From IMG/VR virus record IMGVR_UViG_3300028146_000010, positions 1-64,000 of that record: a stretch of DNA of 64,000 bases; one strand, written 5' to 3'. Shown piece after piece: positions 8,522-17,568 of the stretch; position 1 is the first letter of the stretch, and every line of letters starts with the position of its first letter. The translations under genes were made by a program, and so were the position numbers. Origin of the DNA: a virus. Below the pieces are notes generated by a model. The model was not told where the DNA came from, searched no databases, and saw only the letters and a program-made list of their open reading frames with translations.

Positions 8522-9117
8522 GCATCAGCCTTCGGGTTTGATTGCTTGCTAACCAGTCCACGAATCGCCACGGCTAGTGCGGTAACTAAATCACTGAATA
8601 CTTCAGCTACGACTACAACCGGATCGCTTGCACTCGCAGGCACCTCCGGCACACTGGCAATGGTCAATTCGATGTCACCCGTTAGGCCGCTCGTTGGATC
8701 GTAACTCTGATTCGGTTCAAGATAATGAAAATCATCGTCACCTTTAATCGTCCACCAAGCGTTCTGAGATTCCAGCCCATTGCGAGTCTGAGCGAAATCC
8801 TGCCAATAGGGAACAAGGGACTGATTTTGGGCCACGGTAATATCCGCCGGATCGGAAATTGACGCACCGTACTTACATTGAGTCAACGCCACGTCCGGTA
8901 CAACCCCCACACCGTTCGTGAGAGCTATCGTATGTGTTCGACGTAAGAGACTTCGCCCTTCCTCATCTGCGGCCTTCTGTAGTCCGACATTCTGAAACAC
9001 CGACTGAACCAGCGATTCCATCGTCATGTCGGCATCCAGTAATGCAGACTTCAACTGGTCTATGCCTGTCAAGGCTTGCTGTAGCGCGAGGTCGATTAGT
9101 GTTTGATAAGTTGGCAT
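8518..9117 (-). CDS. head-tail adaptor-like virion protein
   Basis: N-terminal helices, central beta region, C-terminal FSDLVTALAV helix; position. Confidence 0.45.
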   Translation of the reverse strand: MPTYQTLIDLALQQALTGIDQLKSALLDADMTMESLVQSVFQNVGLQKAADEEGRSLLRRTHTIALTNGVGVVPDVALTQCKYGASISDPADITVAQNQSLVPYWQDFAQTRNGLESQNAWWTIKGDDDFHYLEPNQSYDPTSGLTGDIELTIASVPEVPASASDPVVVVAEVFSDLVTALAVAIRGLVSKQSNPKADA

Positions 9118-9118
9118 G

Positions 9119-9850
9119 TCACGCTGCGATTAAACTTGGCCCGGCAACGGCCTGTTCACTCACCGAAGTCAGCCCTTGACGAATACTTTGCTCCACCGCA
9201 TCTGCATAACCACGAAATACATTCGCTTGGGCCATAAACTCGTCGTCACGCACCAACGCACCAATCATGTCATAGCAGATGGCGTTAGCGAGAGAATCGG
9301 GTAAGGGTAAGTCGCCATTCGCCGCCACTAACGCCGCGATGGTATCCCAGCTGAACGTGCAGACCTGAACCACCACGCCATTAGGGCGCGTGTGCGTAAT
9401 TCCATCCCCCGACATCTTGAATCCATAAACCGGAATCACCCATGCGGATGGGTTGTTTAGTCGTCGCCGTATCACCTGATCGGGATACTCCGTGCAAACA
9501 ATCGTCTGATCGTCGGCGTCCAGCACGGAACCGTAGATGCCGACGATCGGATCGCCGTTAGCACCGACTGAAGGCATAGAATCGCCGCTAGCTAAAGTGG
9601 CCGTGACAGTAAATCCGACAAATGACCGCCACGGGTGATTCCCCGTTTCAGCGATCGCATTGGCGTACCGAGCGATGGAGGCGGTTTGTTGATCTAGGTA
9701 AGCAGTGAAAGGAAATATCGTTGACTGAAAATCCGCGCTGGTTAAAGGAAGCGTGGCGTAGGTCAGTTCCAATGCTACCGCCGAAGCGCCAACCAGCGCA
9801 TTGGTTCTGACTGCTGCCTCTCGAAGTATGGTATGTAGCGCAACGCTCAC
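9119..9850 (-). CDS. head-tail adaptor-like virion protein
   Basis: LPLPDSLANAICYDMIG C-terminal adaptor-like motif; position. Confidence 0.5.
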   Translation of the reverse strand: MSVALHTILREAAVRTNALVGASAVALELTYATLPLTSADFQSTIFPFTAYLDQQTASIARYANAIAETGNHPWRSFVGFTVTATLASGDSMPSVGANGDPIVGIYGSVLDADDQTIVCTEYPDQVIRRRLNNPSAWVIPVYGFKMSGDGITHTRPNGVVVQVCTFSWDTIAALVAANGDLPLPDSLANAICYDMIGALVRDDEFMAQANVFRGYADAVEQSIRQGLTSVSEQAVAGPSLIAA

Positions 9851-9851
9851 T

Positions 9852-10607
9852 TCAGCTCCAGTCGTTTACCCTGTCAAATGAACTCTGCCGAATAGTTATA
9901 TGGTCTTGAATCGTATTACGAATGTATCGCTGCCAATCGTCTTCTATGCGAGCACGATCATTCTGAAGCGCAAGGGCGATTTCCTTTCGATGGCTCATGT
10001 TGTAATTTTGATTGTCCGACCATTGGCATGAAGGCAAAACTGATTCAGCAGCCCATATTTCAATCAGAGAATGAAACTGAGAGAGCACCGGATCGGTTTC
10101 TAACGCAGCGCTACTTGCCCAGTCGCCTGAAGCAAAGGTTATTAAATACGATCCAAAAAGTTGCGGCTGTGGTAATACTCTTACCCACCGCGAACCGTCG
10201 TCTCGATAATAAAACGCCATCCTTATGGCGGTATTGGGGCTACCATCCGTGAACAGCATCGAAGCCACATTGACGGGCATACCCCAATCGAAATTTAGAT
10301 CGGCTATCTCGTAAAACTCAACATATCTTTGCGGTAGAGACGGGTTGGCGGGCCAGTAGGTGAGAACCTGAATTGGTTTCCCGTATGAATTATCCAAACT
10401 AAGAAGATAGTCGCTCGTGCCGTTGCTAACATTAAGCGTGTAATCGGGTTTTAAGGCCCACGGCTGGCCTGAGGATTCTAACTGGCTATAGAACGACTGA
10501 ACGCTGTGTTCAACGGCCTGCAAGATGCGACGCGGCGACGGCTTCTGTGCTAAGGGTTCGTCGCACAGTAACCGTGCCGCGCTGCACATGCTCTGGATTG
10601 AAGCCAC
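9852..10607 (-). CDS. head-tail adaptor-like virion protein
   Basis: GTSDYLL, VRVLPQP, DPVLSQFHSLIEIWAA pattern typical of adaptor proteins. Confidence 0.55.
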   Translation of the reverse strand: MASIQSMCSAARLLCDEPLAQKPSPRRILQAVEHSVQSFYSQLESSGQPWALKPDYTLNVSNGTSDYLLSLDNSYGKPIQVLTYWPANPSLPQRYVEFYEIADLNFDWGMPVNVASMLFTDGSPNTAIRMAFYYRDDGSRWVRVLPQPQLFGSYLITFASGDWASSAALETDPVLSQFHSLIEIWAAESVLPSCQWSDNQNYNMSHRKEIALALQNDRARIEDDWQRYIRNTIQDHITIRQSSFDRVNDWS

Positions 10608-10617
10608 GCATTACTCC

Positions 10618-11733
10618 CTACTCAGCCTTTGGGTGAAGCACTTTGCACCAGCGGCCAATGTGGAGACTCTTGGCTGAGGCTTTCATTTCCTCGCCACAGG
10701 CGTCACAGGTGAAGGTACTTGCGGTTTCGGCTGGCGTCTCACTTGGCACGTTCGCGGGAACACTTTGCGCTCCGGCTAACTTCGCTTCCAGTTCCGCGAT
10801 CCTATCCGCATCGGCCTGTCGTGCCAGCGCCAGCCGTTCATCCATCTTCCGCTCGAACAACTCCATGTCAGTAACGCTGATGGATGCGGTAGTGGCCTGT
10901 TGCTGGCTCGCGTTCAGTTGCCCAATCATCTTGGACATTTCCTGCATGGGTTGATCCTGCCTTGGGATTTCGAGTTGCTCAAGCAACATTTCGGTAATCG
11001 GTGAGTACGAATACGACCACCCACCCTGCCATTCGCCCACGTGACCAGTCTTGAGTAGCCCATGCTCCACGTTCACCATTCGCATGGCCCAGTTACGGGC
11101 GTCCGCGCACATAGTCAGACATTCGTTCTTGTACTTGCCGATGTCGATGCGGCTGTCGGTGATAACGGCAGACTTAACCTGCTCCTCTAGGCCGCGTAAC
11201 GTTGGCTCCACGCCATCACCGAACATGGCTGTTTCAATGACATCCAGAATGCCCGTACCCTCATCGTTGTGGCACTCGTCCCATTCCTTGCCAAGTAATA
11301 CCGTGAGTTCGTCGATACCCTTGCGAATTGGGTTCATGGAGTAGCGCCGCAGGACGCGCAGGCCGTCACCGGGGAACACGGGCACGAAACCAAACTTATT
11401 CTTGACCGCATCTTCGTTCAGCGGAATCCCCTGCCATGCGACGGCCTGTAGGTCGCCCAAGTGGCGCATCGGTATCGGCTCACCGCCCAGTTCCAGAATC
11501 GCCGCCCTGCCACGCGGAATAAACCCACGTCCATAGCGAATGAGGCAGGGGTTAGGCGTCTCCTCGCCCCCTACCCGCAGCCAGCTAATCTCCGCCTTGC
11601 GCTCAGGAACGATTAAGTCCAGCGGGTTCCATACCCACCGCACGACGTTCGCGCCGACTACGCGCTTATCAAAAAATCCCACTGGCCCAAAGACTTCGGG
11701 TTTGGCTTGTTGTTGCTCGAAAACTGCGCTCAT
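10618..11733 (-). CDS. hypothetical morphogenesis protein with C-terminal zinc finger
   Basis: 371 aa; CDAC...HIGRWC at the C-terminus. Confidence 0.6.
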   Translation of the reverse strand: MSAVFEQQQAKPEVFGPVGFFDKRVVGANVVRWVWNPLDLIVPERKAEISWLRVGGEETPNPCLIRYGRGFIPRGRAAILELGGEPIPMRHLGDLQAVAWQGIPLNEDAVKNKFGFVPVFPGDGLRVLRRYSMNPIRKGIDELTVLLGKEWDECHNDEGTGILDVIETAMFGDGVEPTLRGLEEQVKSAVITDSRIDIGKYKNECLTMCADARNWAMRMVNVEHGLLKTGHVGEWQGGWSYSYSPITEMLLEQLEIPRQDQPMQEMSKMIGQLNASQQQATTASISVTDMELFERKMDERLALARQADADRIAELEAKLAGAQSVPANVPSETPAETASTFTCDACGEEMKASAKSLHIGRWCKVLHPKAE

Positions 11734-11744
11734 GGTTTCTCCCG

Positions 11745-12677
11745 TTATGCGTAAATTTGTACTTGTGAAGGTCGATGTGCTCGCCGTATTTCCGCCAACT
11801 CGTTCCGCTTCCTCACCTTCTCGTCCTTCATCATCTGCAAGCCCCAGACCTTTGCTTGCTGCAGCGCCACTTCGTCCAGTTCAGGACGGATATGGGGATT
11901 AGTGGCGGCTTCCTTGCTACGCAGGTGAATGGCCTTCTTCAACCATTTCAGCTCCCTACCGTCCGGTTCCTTGTATGTGCCGTAGCAAATCTCTCGTGAT
12001 TTATCCCATGCTCGCTGACAGCACTTATTCGCATGATCGGCAATTATCCCGACGTGCGGCAACATGTTGTACCAACCTTCACGCGGTACTGGCCCCCAGA
12101 CATCTTCGCTGACAGTGCGTAGGAAAGTATCCTGTGAGCAAAACCGACACGCCAACACGTGACCCTCCGACTTATCCGTATCCACCCAATGCACGAACAC
12201 TTTCCCATCATGCACCTGACTCGCATCCCACTTGGCAAACACCGTGATCAATTGATCCACGCTGAACATGCGACCGGGAGTTTTGCAGTAGCGGCACATG
12301 GCAGGTACAGGCTCAACCACCTTCAACCGATACCGTGTGGCTTCCCAGCTTACGGCCAATGCTTCTGGTTCAAACCGCTCCTCAAGTATCCAGCGAGGGG
12401 GCGAAATGTCCACGTAGTCGTCGTTGCCGATGTCGATGGATAGTGCGCGGTATTTCTGCCGCCACTCGCTCTCGGTTGCGTTTCCAAATTCGTCCCACGC
12501 GATATTCTCACGCTTCAAACATTCCCATGCCCATTTCAACTGAACAATGGAATGGCCCGATGGACTGAGGCCGACTATCCGATCAATCTTCCGCTGGTAC
12601 GCTTTCACGTCAAAGCTAGGCTGTTTGAATATCCCCGACGTGGCCCACTTCGTTTGATCGTTGTAAATTTCCAGCAT
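11745..12677 (-). CDS. hypothetical protein with CxxC pairs
   Basis: 310 aa; CRYC and CRFC. Confidence 0.6.
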   Translation of the reverse strand: MLEIYNDQTKWATSGIFKQPSFDVKAYQRKIDRIVGLSPSGHSIVQLKWAWECLKRENIAWDEFGNATESEWRQKYRALSIDIGNDDYVDISPPRWILEERFEPEALAVSWEATRYRLKVVEPVPAMCRYCKTPGRMFSVDQLITVFAKWDASQVHDGKVFVHWVDTDKSEGHVLACRFCSQDTFLRTVSEDVWGPVPREGWYNMLPHVGIIADHANKCCQRAWDKSREICYGTYKEPDGRELKWLKKAIHLRSKEAATNPHIRPELDEVALQQAKVWGLQMMKDEKVRKRNELAEIRRAHRPSQVQIYA

Positions 12678-13452
12678 TTAATTTCGTCGCCAGTACCGCG
12701 CCTTTACGGATCGCGCTATCGGGTCTTATGTTAGGATCACCCCAAGTGTGCGGACACGACCCCAGACTGCCCTTTGCACAGTTACAGTTGTAGCACAAGA
12801 TTTGGTAGTCAGGAGATACCGCATCGCTGGCGAGTCTCGTCCAGATTCGATTTCCCTGATCTGATTTGCGCTCCTGCGCTCCATCATCATTAACATGATC
12901 CAATGTTAGAAAGTAAAACCGAGACTCGCCACAACAGGCGCACTTGTTACCATACTTAGCAATAACCTTTCGGCGCTTTTCTTCCGTCTTATTGCGACCG
13001 CGAATAATGCACTTGTGGCAAGTAAGAATTGTCCACTCGTCCGGGAGATGAAACCCGCAACTAACGCATTGTCGCCTCTCGATTCTGAGATAGCGCAGTC
13101 GAAGTTCCCTTGCTCTTTTAGCCACTTGATGTTCAGCGCATCGGCGCGAACGCGGCGCGTGTGGATTCTCACATAGCGTACAAAGACCGCTATCTCTGCG
13201 GCGTCGCACAAGGTTAAGCGCCCGCGAGCTTTCCTCTTTAGTGCAAGCAACGCACAGCCAGCCACCGCGAGGATTCGGCTCTGCGCATTTAGCGCACTTG
13301 CCCTGCGCCAGTAAAGCTGCACGCCTTTTAGATGCTTTTTGATTTGTAGCACTAAGACAATCTTCACAGCGTTCACGGCTCTCTTTTGGAGTTCCGCCAC
13401 AAAGCGGGCATAAGCCTTGTCTTTTACGACGTTGATAAGTATCTTTATGCAC
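12616..13452 (-). CDS. HNH endonuclease with four N-terminal zinc-ribbon repeats
   Basis: Repeated GxCxxC...CxxC units; CACCGES...LTLDHVND...YQILCYNCNCAKG. Confidence 0.88.
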   Translation of the reverse strand: MHKDTYQRRKRQGLCPLCGGTPKESRERCEDCLSATNQKASKRRAALLAQGKCAKCAEPNPRGGWLCVACTKEESSRALNLVRRRRDSGLCTLCENPHAPRSRRCAEHQVAKRARELRLRYLRIERRQCVSCGFHLPDEWTILTCHKCIIRGRNKTEEKRRKVIAKYGNKCACCGESRFYFLTLDHVNDDGAQERKSDQGNRIWTRLASDAVSPDYQILCYNCNCAKGSLGSCPHTWGDPNIRPDSAIRKGAVLATKLNAGNLQRSNEVGHVGDIQTA

Positions 13453-13457
13453 GTTGG

Positions 13458-13544
13458 ATCAATTCTCCTTAACCGTAGATTGATTCGACCATGCGCCGAG
13501 ACTGTGATAGCAGTCGTCGGCGCTTTCTCGTTGGTCGAATTATA
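13458..13544 (-). promoter_or_regulatory. -10 box and structured 5' leader of the HNH gene
   Basis: TATAAT then nested stems TTCGACCA/TGGTCGAA, GCGCCGA/TCGGCGC, GACTG/CAGTC and ATCAAT/ATTGAT around AAGGAG. Confidence 0.65.
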
Positions 13545-13570
13545 CATCTTCACGTGCATGGTTACTAGAC

Positions 13571-13906
13571 TTAACTAGCAGTTTGCGCTCCAATAATCAC
13601 CCACTTATTCGCGCTGGCCGGGCCATAGCGAATGCAGTAGGCGGTACAACTAGACGTGCCAAGCGTATACGTTGCGCCGTTGGCTATGATCGTAATTGCA
13701 CTTCTCGCGGTGGCCCCATCCTGTGCGGTGATGACAACCGGTGAATTACTCGTCGCTGCGAGCGTGAACGCTATCGTATTCCCGCCAGCAATGACTACGT
13801 TGGTAACGGAATCAATGGTTTGGCTAGTTGTCGGGTTGATGACCACGCAACCAACCGAACCAATGCCATCGCTGACGATGAAAGGATTAGTGATATTGTT
13901 TCCCAT
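13571..13906 (-). CDS. capsid decoration/cement protein
   Basis: 111-aa beta-rich protein immediately after the major capsid gene with strong RBS GGAGG. Confidence 0.55.
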   Translation of the reverse strand: MGNNITNPFIVSDGIGSVGCVVINPTTSQTIDSVTNVVIAGGNTIAFTLAATSNSPVVITAQDGATARSAITIIANGATYTLGTSSCTAYCIRYGPASANKWVIIGAQTAS

Positions 13907-13920
13907 GTTTCATTTCCTCC

Positions 13921-15198
13921 TTACAGCCCAGCGGTGATCTGAGTTGCGTACCCGAGTTGAGCGCGTTTGATGAAAGCGGAGCCACGGCCACTGAGGGTCG
14001 CAGGGTTGCCTTTCCATCCCACAGCAGATTGCCAGTTATCGCTTCCGGTCTGGTTTGCGCCCAGCAACATACGAGACTCAAGTCCATCGCGGTTATATTT
14101 TCCGTACGGTTTCATCTCGTAGATTTTGTAGTCGGAAGTCTTCAGGAAATACACCCGATCCTCGTCCATGTCGCTGTCGCAGATAAAACGAGTATCGCCA
14201 TCGGTGTAGTCACCCTGCACGCCCTTCATGGTGTCGCTGCCAGCATCTTCGCGGAGATAGTAGCCAAGGTTGTAGCCCTGCTTGCGAACGGTGGAGTATT
14301 GGCCCCACGTGATGAATGCGGTCAGGTTGTTCTTGGCATCGGTGGCATTGTTACGGGTTTGGAGCAACGCTTTCGCGTTCTCAATGGCTGCCGGGGTAAG
14401 CAACGCACCTGCGAGGTCAACCACGGGGGCATTGAGGTCGGTGTAAACGCTGGTGTCCAGCCCTTGCAACACACGGTTCTGGTCGCTGTCGAGCCAGCCA
14501 ATACCACGCATGGCAAGCTGATAGCTGCCCTGAATGACGATGGGGTCGCCGGATGAAATGGTGCCACTCAGCACATTCACCGTCGCAGACGACGTACCTG
14601 CGGTGGTCACGACAAACGTGCCCCGCACCGCACCCGTTGAAGCGTTGATGCCTTGATACGTCTCGCCTTCCCACAGCCACATGGTGCCTTTGGTCTGACC
14701 GGGGGTAGTGGCAGCGGTTGTGGTGCCTGCAAGGGATTGTGAACCCAGCGCAGTTGTGGTGGTTGCCGAGTACGCCACCGCGCCATTACCAGTGCCATAG
14801 AAATACTGGTTCATGCGCTTGCGAAACGTCTCGGTGTACTGCACCATCACCTGATCGTAGGATTGAACGTTATCTTCCGTGTCGTTCTCCATTGATTCGA
14901 TGGTGCTGCCTGCCCAAATCATCGGCCATGCGCTCATGGTCGGATAGACCCACATGCTCACGGTCTGCGGCCCGTTGGCCTGATTGAAGTCTGAATTATC
15001 CGGCGTGAACCATGTCATGCCAGTCGGACGGCGTGCGTAGTCGGGAAGGCGATAGCCCTTTTCGGTAAGTTTCGGTTTATCCACCGCCTTACCAAATGCC
15101 CTCATGCCCGGATCATTGTTCTCGTAGAACATCCGAACATCCTTCTCTACCGCTTGCCGCTTGAGATCGGTAATTTCACTGAATTGAACTGCTCCCAT
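13921..15198 (-). CDS. major capsid protein (HK97 fold)
   Basis: 425 aa after scaffold; FRKRMNQYFYGTGNGAVA backbone-helix motif, DEDRVYFL, WKGNPAT. Confidence 0.85.
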   Translation of the reverse strand: MGAVQFSEITDLKRQAVEKDVRMFYENNDPGMRAFGKAVDKPKLTEKGYRLPDYARRPTGMTWFTPDNSDFNQANGPQTVSMWVYPTMSAWPMIWAGSTIESMENDTEDNVQSYDQVMVQYTETFRKRMNQYFYGTGNGAVAYSATTTTALGSQSLAGTTTAATTPGQTKGTMWLWEGETYQGINASTGAVRGTFVVTTAGTSSATVNVLSGTISSGDPIVIQGSYQLAMRGIGWLDSDQNRVLQGLDTSVYTDLNAPVVDLAGALLTPAAIENAKALLQTRNNATDAKNNLTAFITWGQYSTVRKQGYNLGYYLREDAGSDTMKGVQGDYTDGDTRFICDSDMDEDRVYFLKTSDYKIYEMKPYGKYNRDGLESRMLLGANQTGSDNWQSAVGWKGNPATLSGRGSAFIKRAQLGYATQITAGL

Positions 15199-15208
15199 AG
15201 CGTCTCCT

Positions 15209-16729
15209 TTAGCTGAACATCGACGCGCCGTTGAGTTTGTTCGCCTTATCCAATTCCTTGTAATAGGCGTAATATTCCTGTGAGCCTACGGGATGGGGAT
15301 TGTTCATGTAGGGATTAGCATTCCCTTGTTGAGTCGCCCCTGCGCCCGCTGGCACAAAACGCGCCGTTGCCGTCGCTAACTGACCTTCCACCTGAGCCGC
15401 AGCCCCAGCCGCCCTTTGACCGCTTGATTTCGCCAGCTTCAGCGCGTAATCATTCACTTTCGCAAGGATTTGCTGCTTCGCCCCCGTATACTCTGATAAC
15501 GCTCGGGACGCTTGCAACTTGTCATTGATTCGAGTGTAATAATTGTACGCCGCACGTCGCTCCTCCCAGCGGTTTACCAAATCTGCAAATCCATTCGGTT
15601 CCACGCCTACGGCTTTTAGCTGTTTGATTGCTAAATTACGATAGACGGGATATGGACTCTGAAGATTGGCAATCACGCCGAGATTCTTTAAGTGTTCAAG
15701 TTCGTTCTGGGTTGGGTCACTTGAAAGTGTCTGCTGTGACGACACGTTTTGGTAAACGGAGTCGATGATACTTTGTGCTTCATTAGTGATGTCCTGAATC
15801 GTGGCCTCTTGAAGCTCGCGCTCGAAATCAGCTTGCGCTGTCTCTTGGGCTTTCGCTTCACGGTCACGCTGTTCCTTCTCGAATCTATCCGACGCAAGCG
15901 CACGATCAGCGTTCCGAAGGGTCTCTTCGGCCACCAGCGGCTTGGTTGGCAGTATGTCGAGCAGGTCTTCACGGCTCTCTTGAGTCAACGACTTAAAAGC
16001 GTCGTGATACTTTTCAGGAATCTTTGCTAATTGTTCACTCGTTACGACCCCCGAAGCGTGAAGCGTGTCAATGTTGCGGTAGTCGTTGACCCGATCTGGA
16101 TCGAGGCCATGAGAACGGTAGAGGTGGCGGACAAGTGTATCCACCTTTCCATTTTCGTCAGGGACGGTGTAGGCCAAAAGGTCGGCAAACAATTGATTTG
16201 CCACCCCCGGACTTTCCGAATCCACCCTGTCGAGAAACGGCTTGGTAGTGTACCTGTCCCGTTGCTCTATTCCGTTTTCAACTACCGGACTGTGCAGCAA
16301 CCCGACTAATTCATGGGCAACTTGAGCTTGTGCGGGGTCGCCAATAGCTTCCACCACGGGCTTCCACGGCTCAAATGCCTTGTACTCGTCGATTTGCGGC
16401 TTGACACCTTCGTAAGCGGTTCTGAGATTTGCGAGAGCTTGGGCATACGGCACTTTTTCAGCCGCTTGCTTTTGCAACTCCTCAAGGGTTGGTACGTCCT
16501 TTAGCGGATCGACCTCGCCTTGCGCCTCAGCCGCTTGTGCTCCTTCTTCGACGGTTACGCCGTCAGCGGTGCTTTCAGCAGAAGAAGACTCCATAGATGC
16601 TGGTGGCGGGTCAGCGGCAGCGATAACTGCGGGGTCAGGAGTAGCGACCCCTACGCCTCCACTGCCCTCACCCATTTCCATCTCAAAGAGCGGAAGCAGG
16701 AACGACAGTAGATTGAGTTTGATTTTCAT
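15209..16729 (-). CDS. capsid scaffolding protein
   Basis: Acidic low-complexity N-terminus, helical/coiled-coil, located between portal and capsid. Confidence 0.7.
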   Translation of the reverse strand: MKIKLNLLSFLLPLFEMEMGEGSGGVGVATPDPAVIAAADPPPASMESSSAESTADGVTVEEGAQAAEAQGEVDPLKDVPTLEELQKQAAEKVPYAQALANLRTAYEGVKPQIDEYKAFEPWKPVVEAIGDPAQAQVAHELVGLLHSPVVENGIEQRDRYTTKPFLDRVDSESPGVANQLFADLLAYTVPDENGKVDTLVRHLYRSHGLDPDRVNDYRNIDTLHASGVVTSEQLAKIPEKYHDAFKSLTQESREDLLDILPTKPLVAEETLRNADRALASDRFEKEQRDREAKAQETAQADFERELQEATIQDITNEAQSIIDSVYQNVSSQQTLSSDPTQNELEHLKNLGVIANLQSPYPVYRNLAIKQLKAVGVEPNGFADLVNRWEERRAAYNYYTRINDKLQASRALSEYTGAKQQILAKVNDYALKLAKSSGQRAAGAAAQVEGQLATATARFVPAGAGATQQGNANPYMNNPHPVGSQEYYAYYKELDKANKLNGASMFS

Positions 16730-16748
16730 AATGTTTTACGGCCCAATG

Positions 16749-16829
16749 AAAAAGCCGCATCGATCTAACAGCGAACTGTTAAACCCATGCGGCCCTTCCC
16801 ACATTCGCGGGATAAAGCTAAGTTGTCAA
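16749..16829 (-). promoter_or_regulatory. boxA-like 15-mer + small hairpin + long terminator-like hairpin, copy 2
   Basis: TTGACAACTTAGCTT, TCCCGC-GAAT-GTGGGA, GCCGCAT...TAACAG-TTCG-CTGTTA...ATGCGGC-TTTTT. Confidence 0.75.
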
Positions 16830-17006
16830 CTCACTTGTTAATCTATTTAACTTAGCGACAGCAGAGCAGTCTCCACACACGGCCAATCGCTTACCGTTCG
16901 TCGGTAACTGCAAGATTATTTCCACCGAACGCAACTGCCTACACCCAAAACAAGTCGCCTCAACATGGTCAGCGCAGAAAATAACCTTAATCCGTTGCGC
17001 GTTCAC
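16818..17006 (-). CDS. small zinc-ribbon protein
   Basis: CFGC and CGDC; start overlaps the upstream stop. Confidence 0.5.
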   Translation of the reverse strand: MNAQRIKVIFCADHVEATCFGCRQLRSVEIILQLPTNGKRLAVCGDCSAVAKLNRLTSELTT

Positions 17007-17205
17007 GATACCCTCACAAACTCAGACTGTACTTCATTTCGCTGGCTTTTTACAATAGCAATCTTCTCTCGCGCTATCCGTCGCTCAAGGAAAGTCACCG
17101 TTTCACGGATGCTATGCAAAAGCTTTTCAGCTTCAGACAAATCAGAATGCCGAGCAAGGTGCTGTAGCGTCAGCTTCGTCCGTGCCATTTCTAGGCTTGA
17201 TTCCA

Positions 17206-17514
17206 TTAGGCAGCCTTTTCGTGGCGCTCCATATGACATGGCCGACATAGCCATTCAACCAAGCGCGGGTTACTGTAATCAGGATGGTGCATTTGCGATT
17301 TATCGCTGCCACAATCAGCGCAAGGCTCTTTAATTAACTTTCCCCGTTTTAAGAGCACCGCTGAATAGCTGCGGCACCGATCTTTTACCTTTTGCGTCTC
17401 CGTGAGCGGATGGGTCTTACGCCAATTTCGTACATAAGCAGCCTTGCACTTGCGACAGTACCTATGAACCAATTCTCGCGGGCCACGGCACGCCGAACAA
17501 ATCCGTAATTTCAT
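17206..17514 (-). CDS. small HNH-type protein
   Basis: CADCG...HHPDYSNPRLVEWLCRPCHMERH; own TG-G-TAGAAT -10 box 6 nt upstream of ATG. Confidence 0.8.
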   Translation of the reverse strand: MKLRICSACRGPRELVHRYCRKCKAAYVRNWRKTHPLTETQKVKDRCRSYSAVLLKRGKLIKEPCADCGSDKSQMHHPDYSNPRLVEWLCRPCHMERHEKAA

Positions 17515-17568
17515 TCCTTAATTCTACCAGATTCGTTGTTACTGTAGAACTTTTTTTAACGGGTTCCA

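Noticed and set aside
12906-14556. Alternative ORFs 12906..13559 and 13957..14556
   Set aside because: They overlap the HNH and major capsid genes in other frames or strand and lack motifs.
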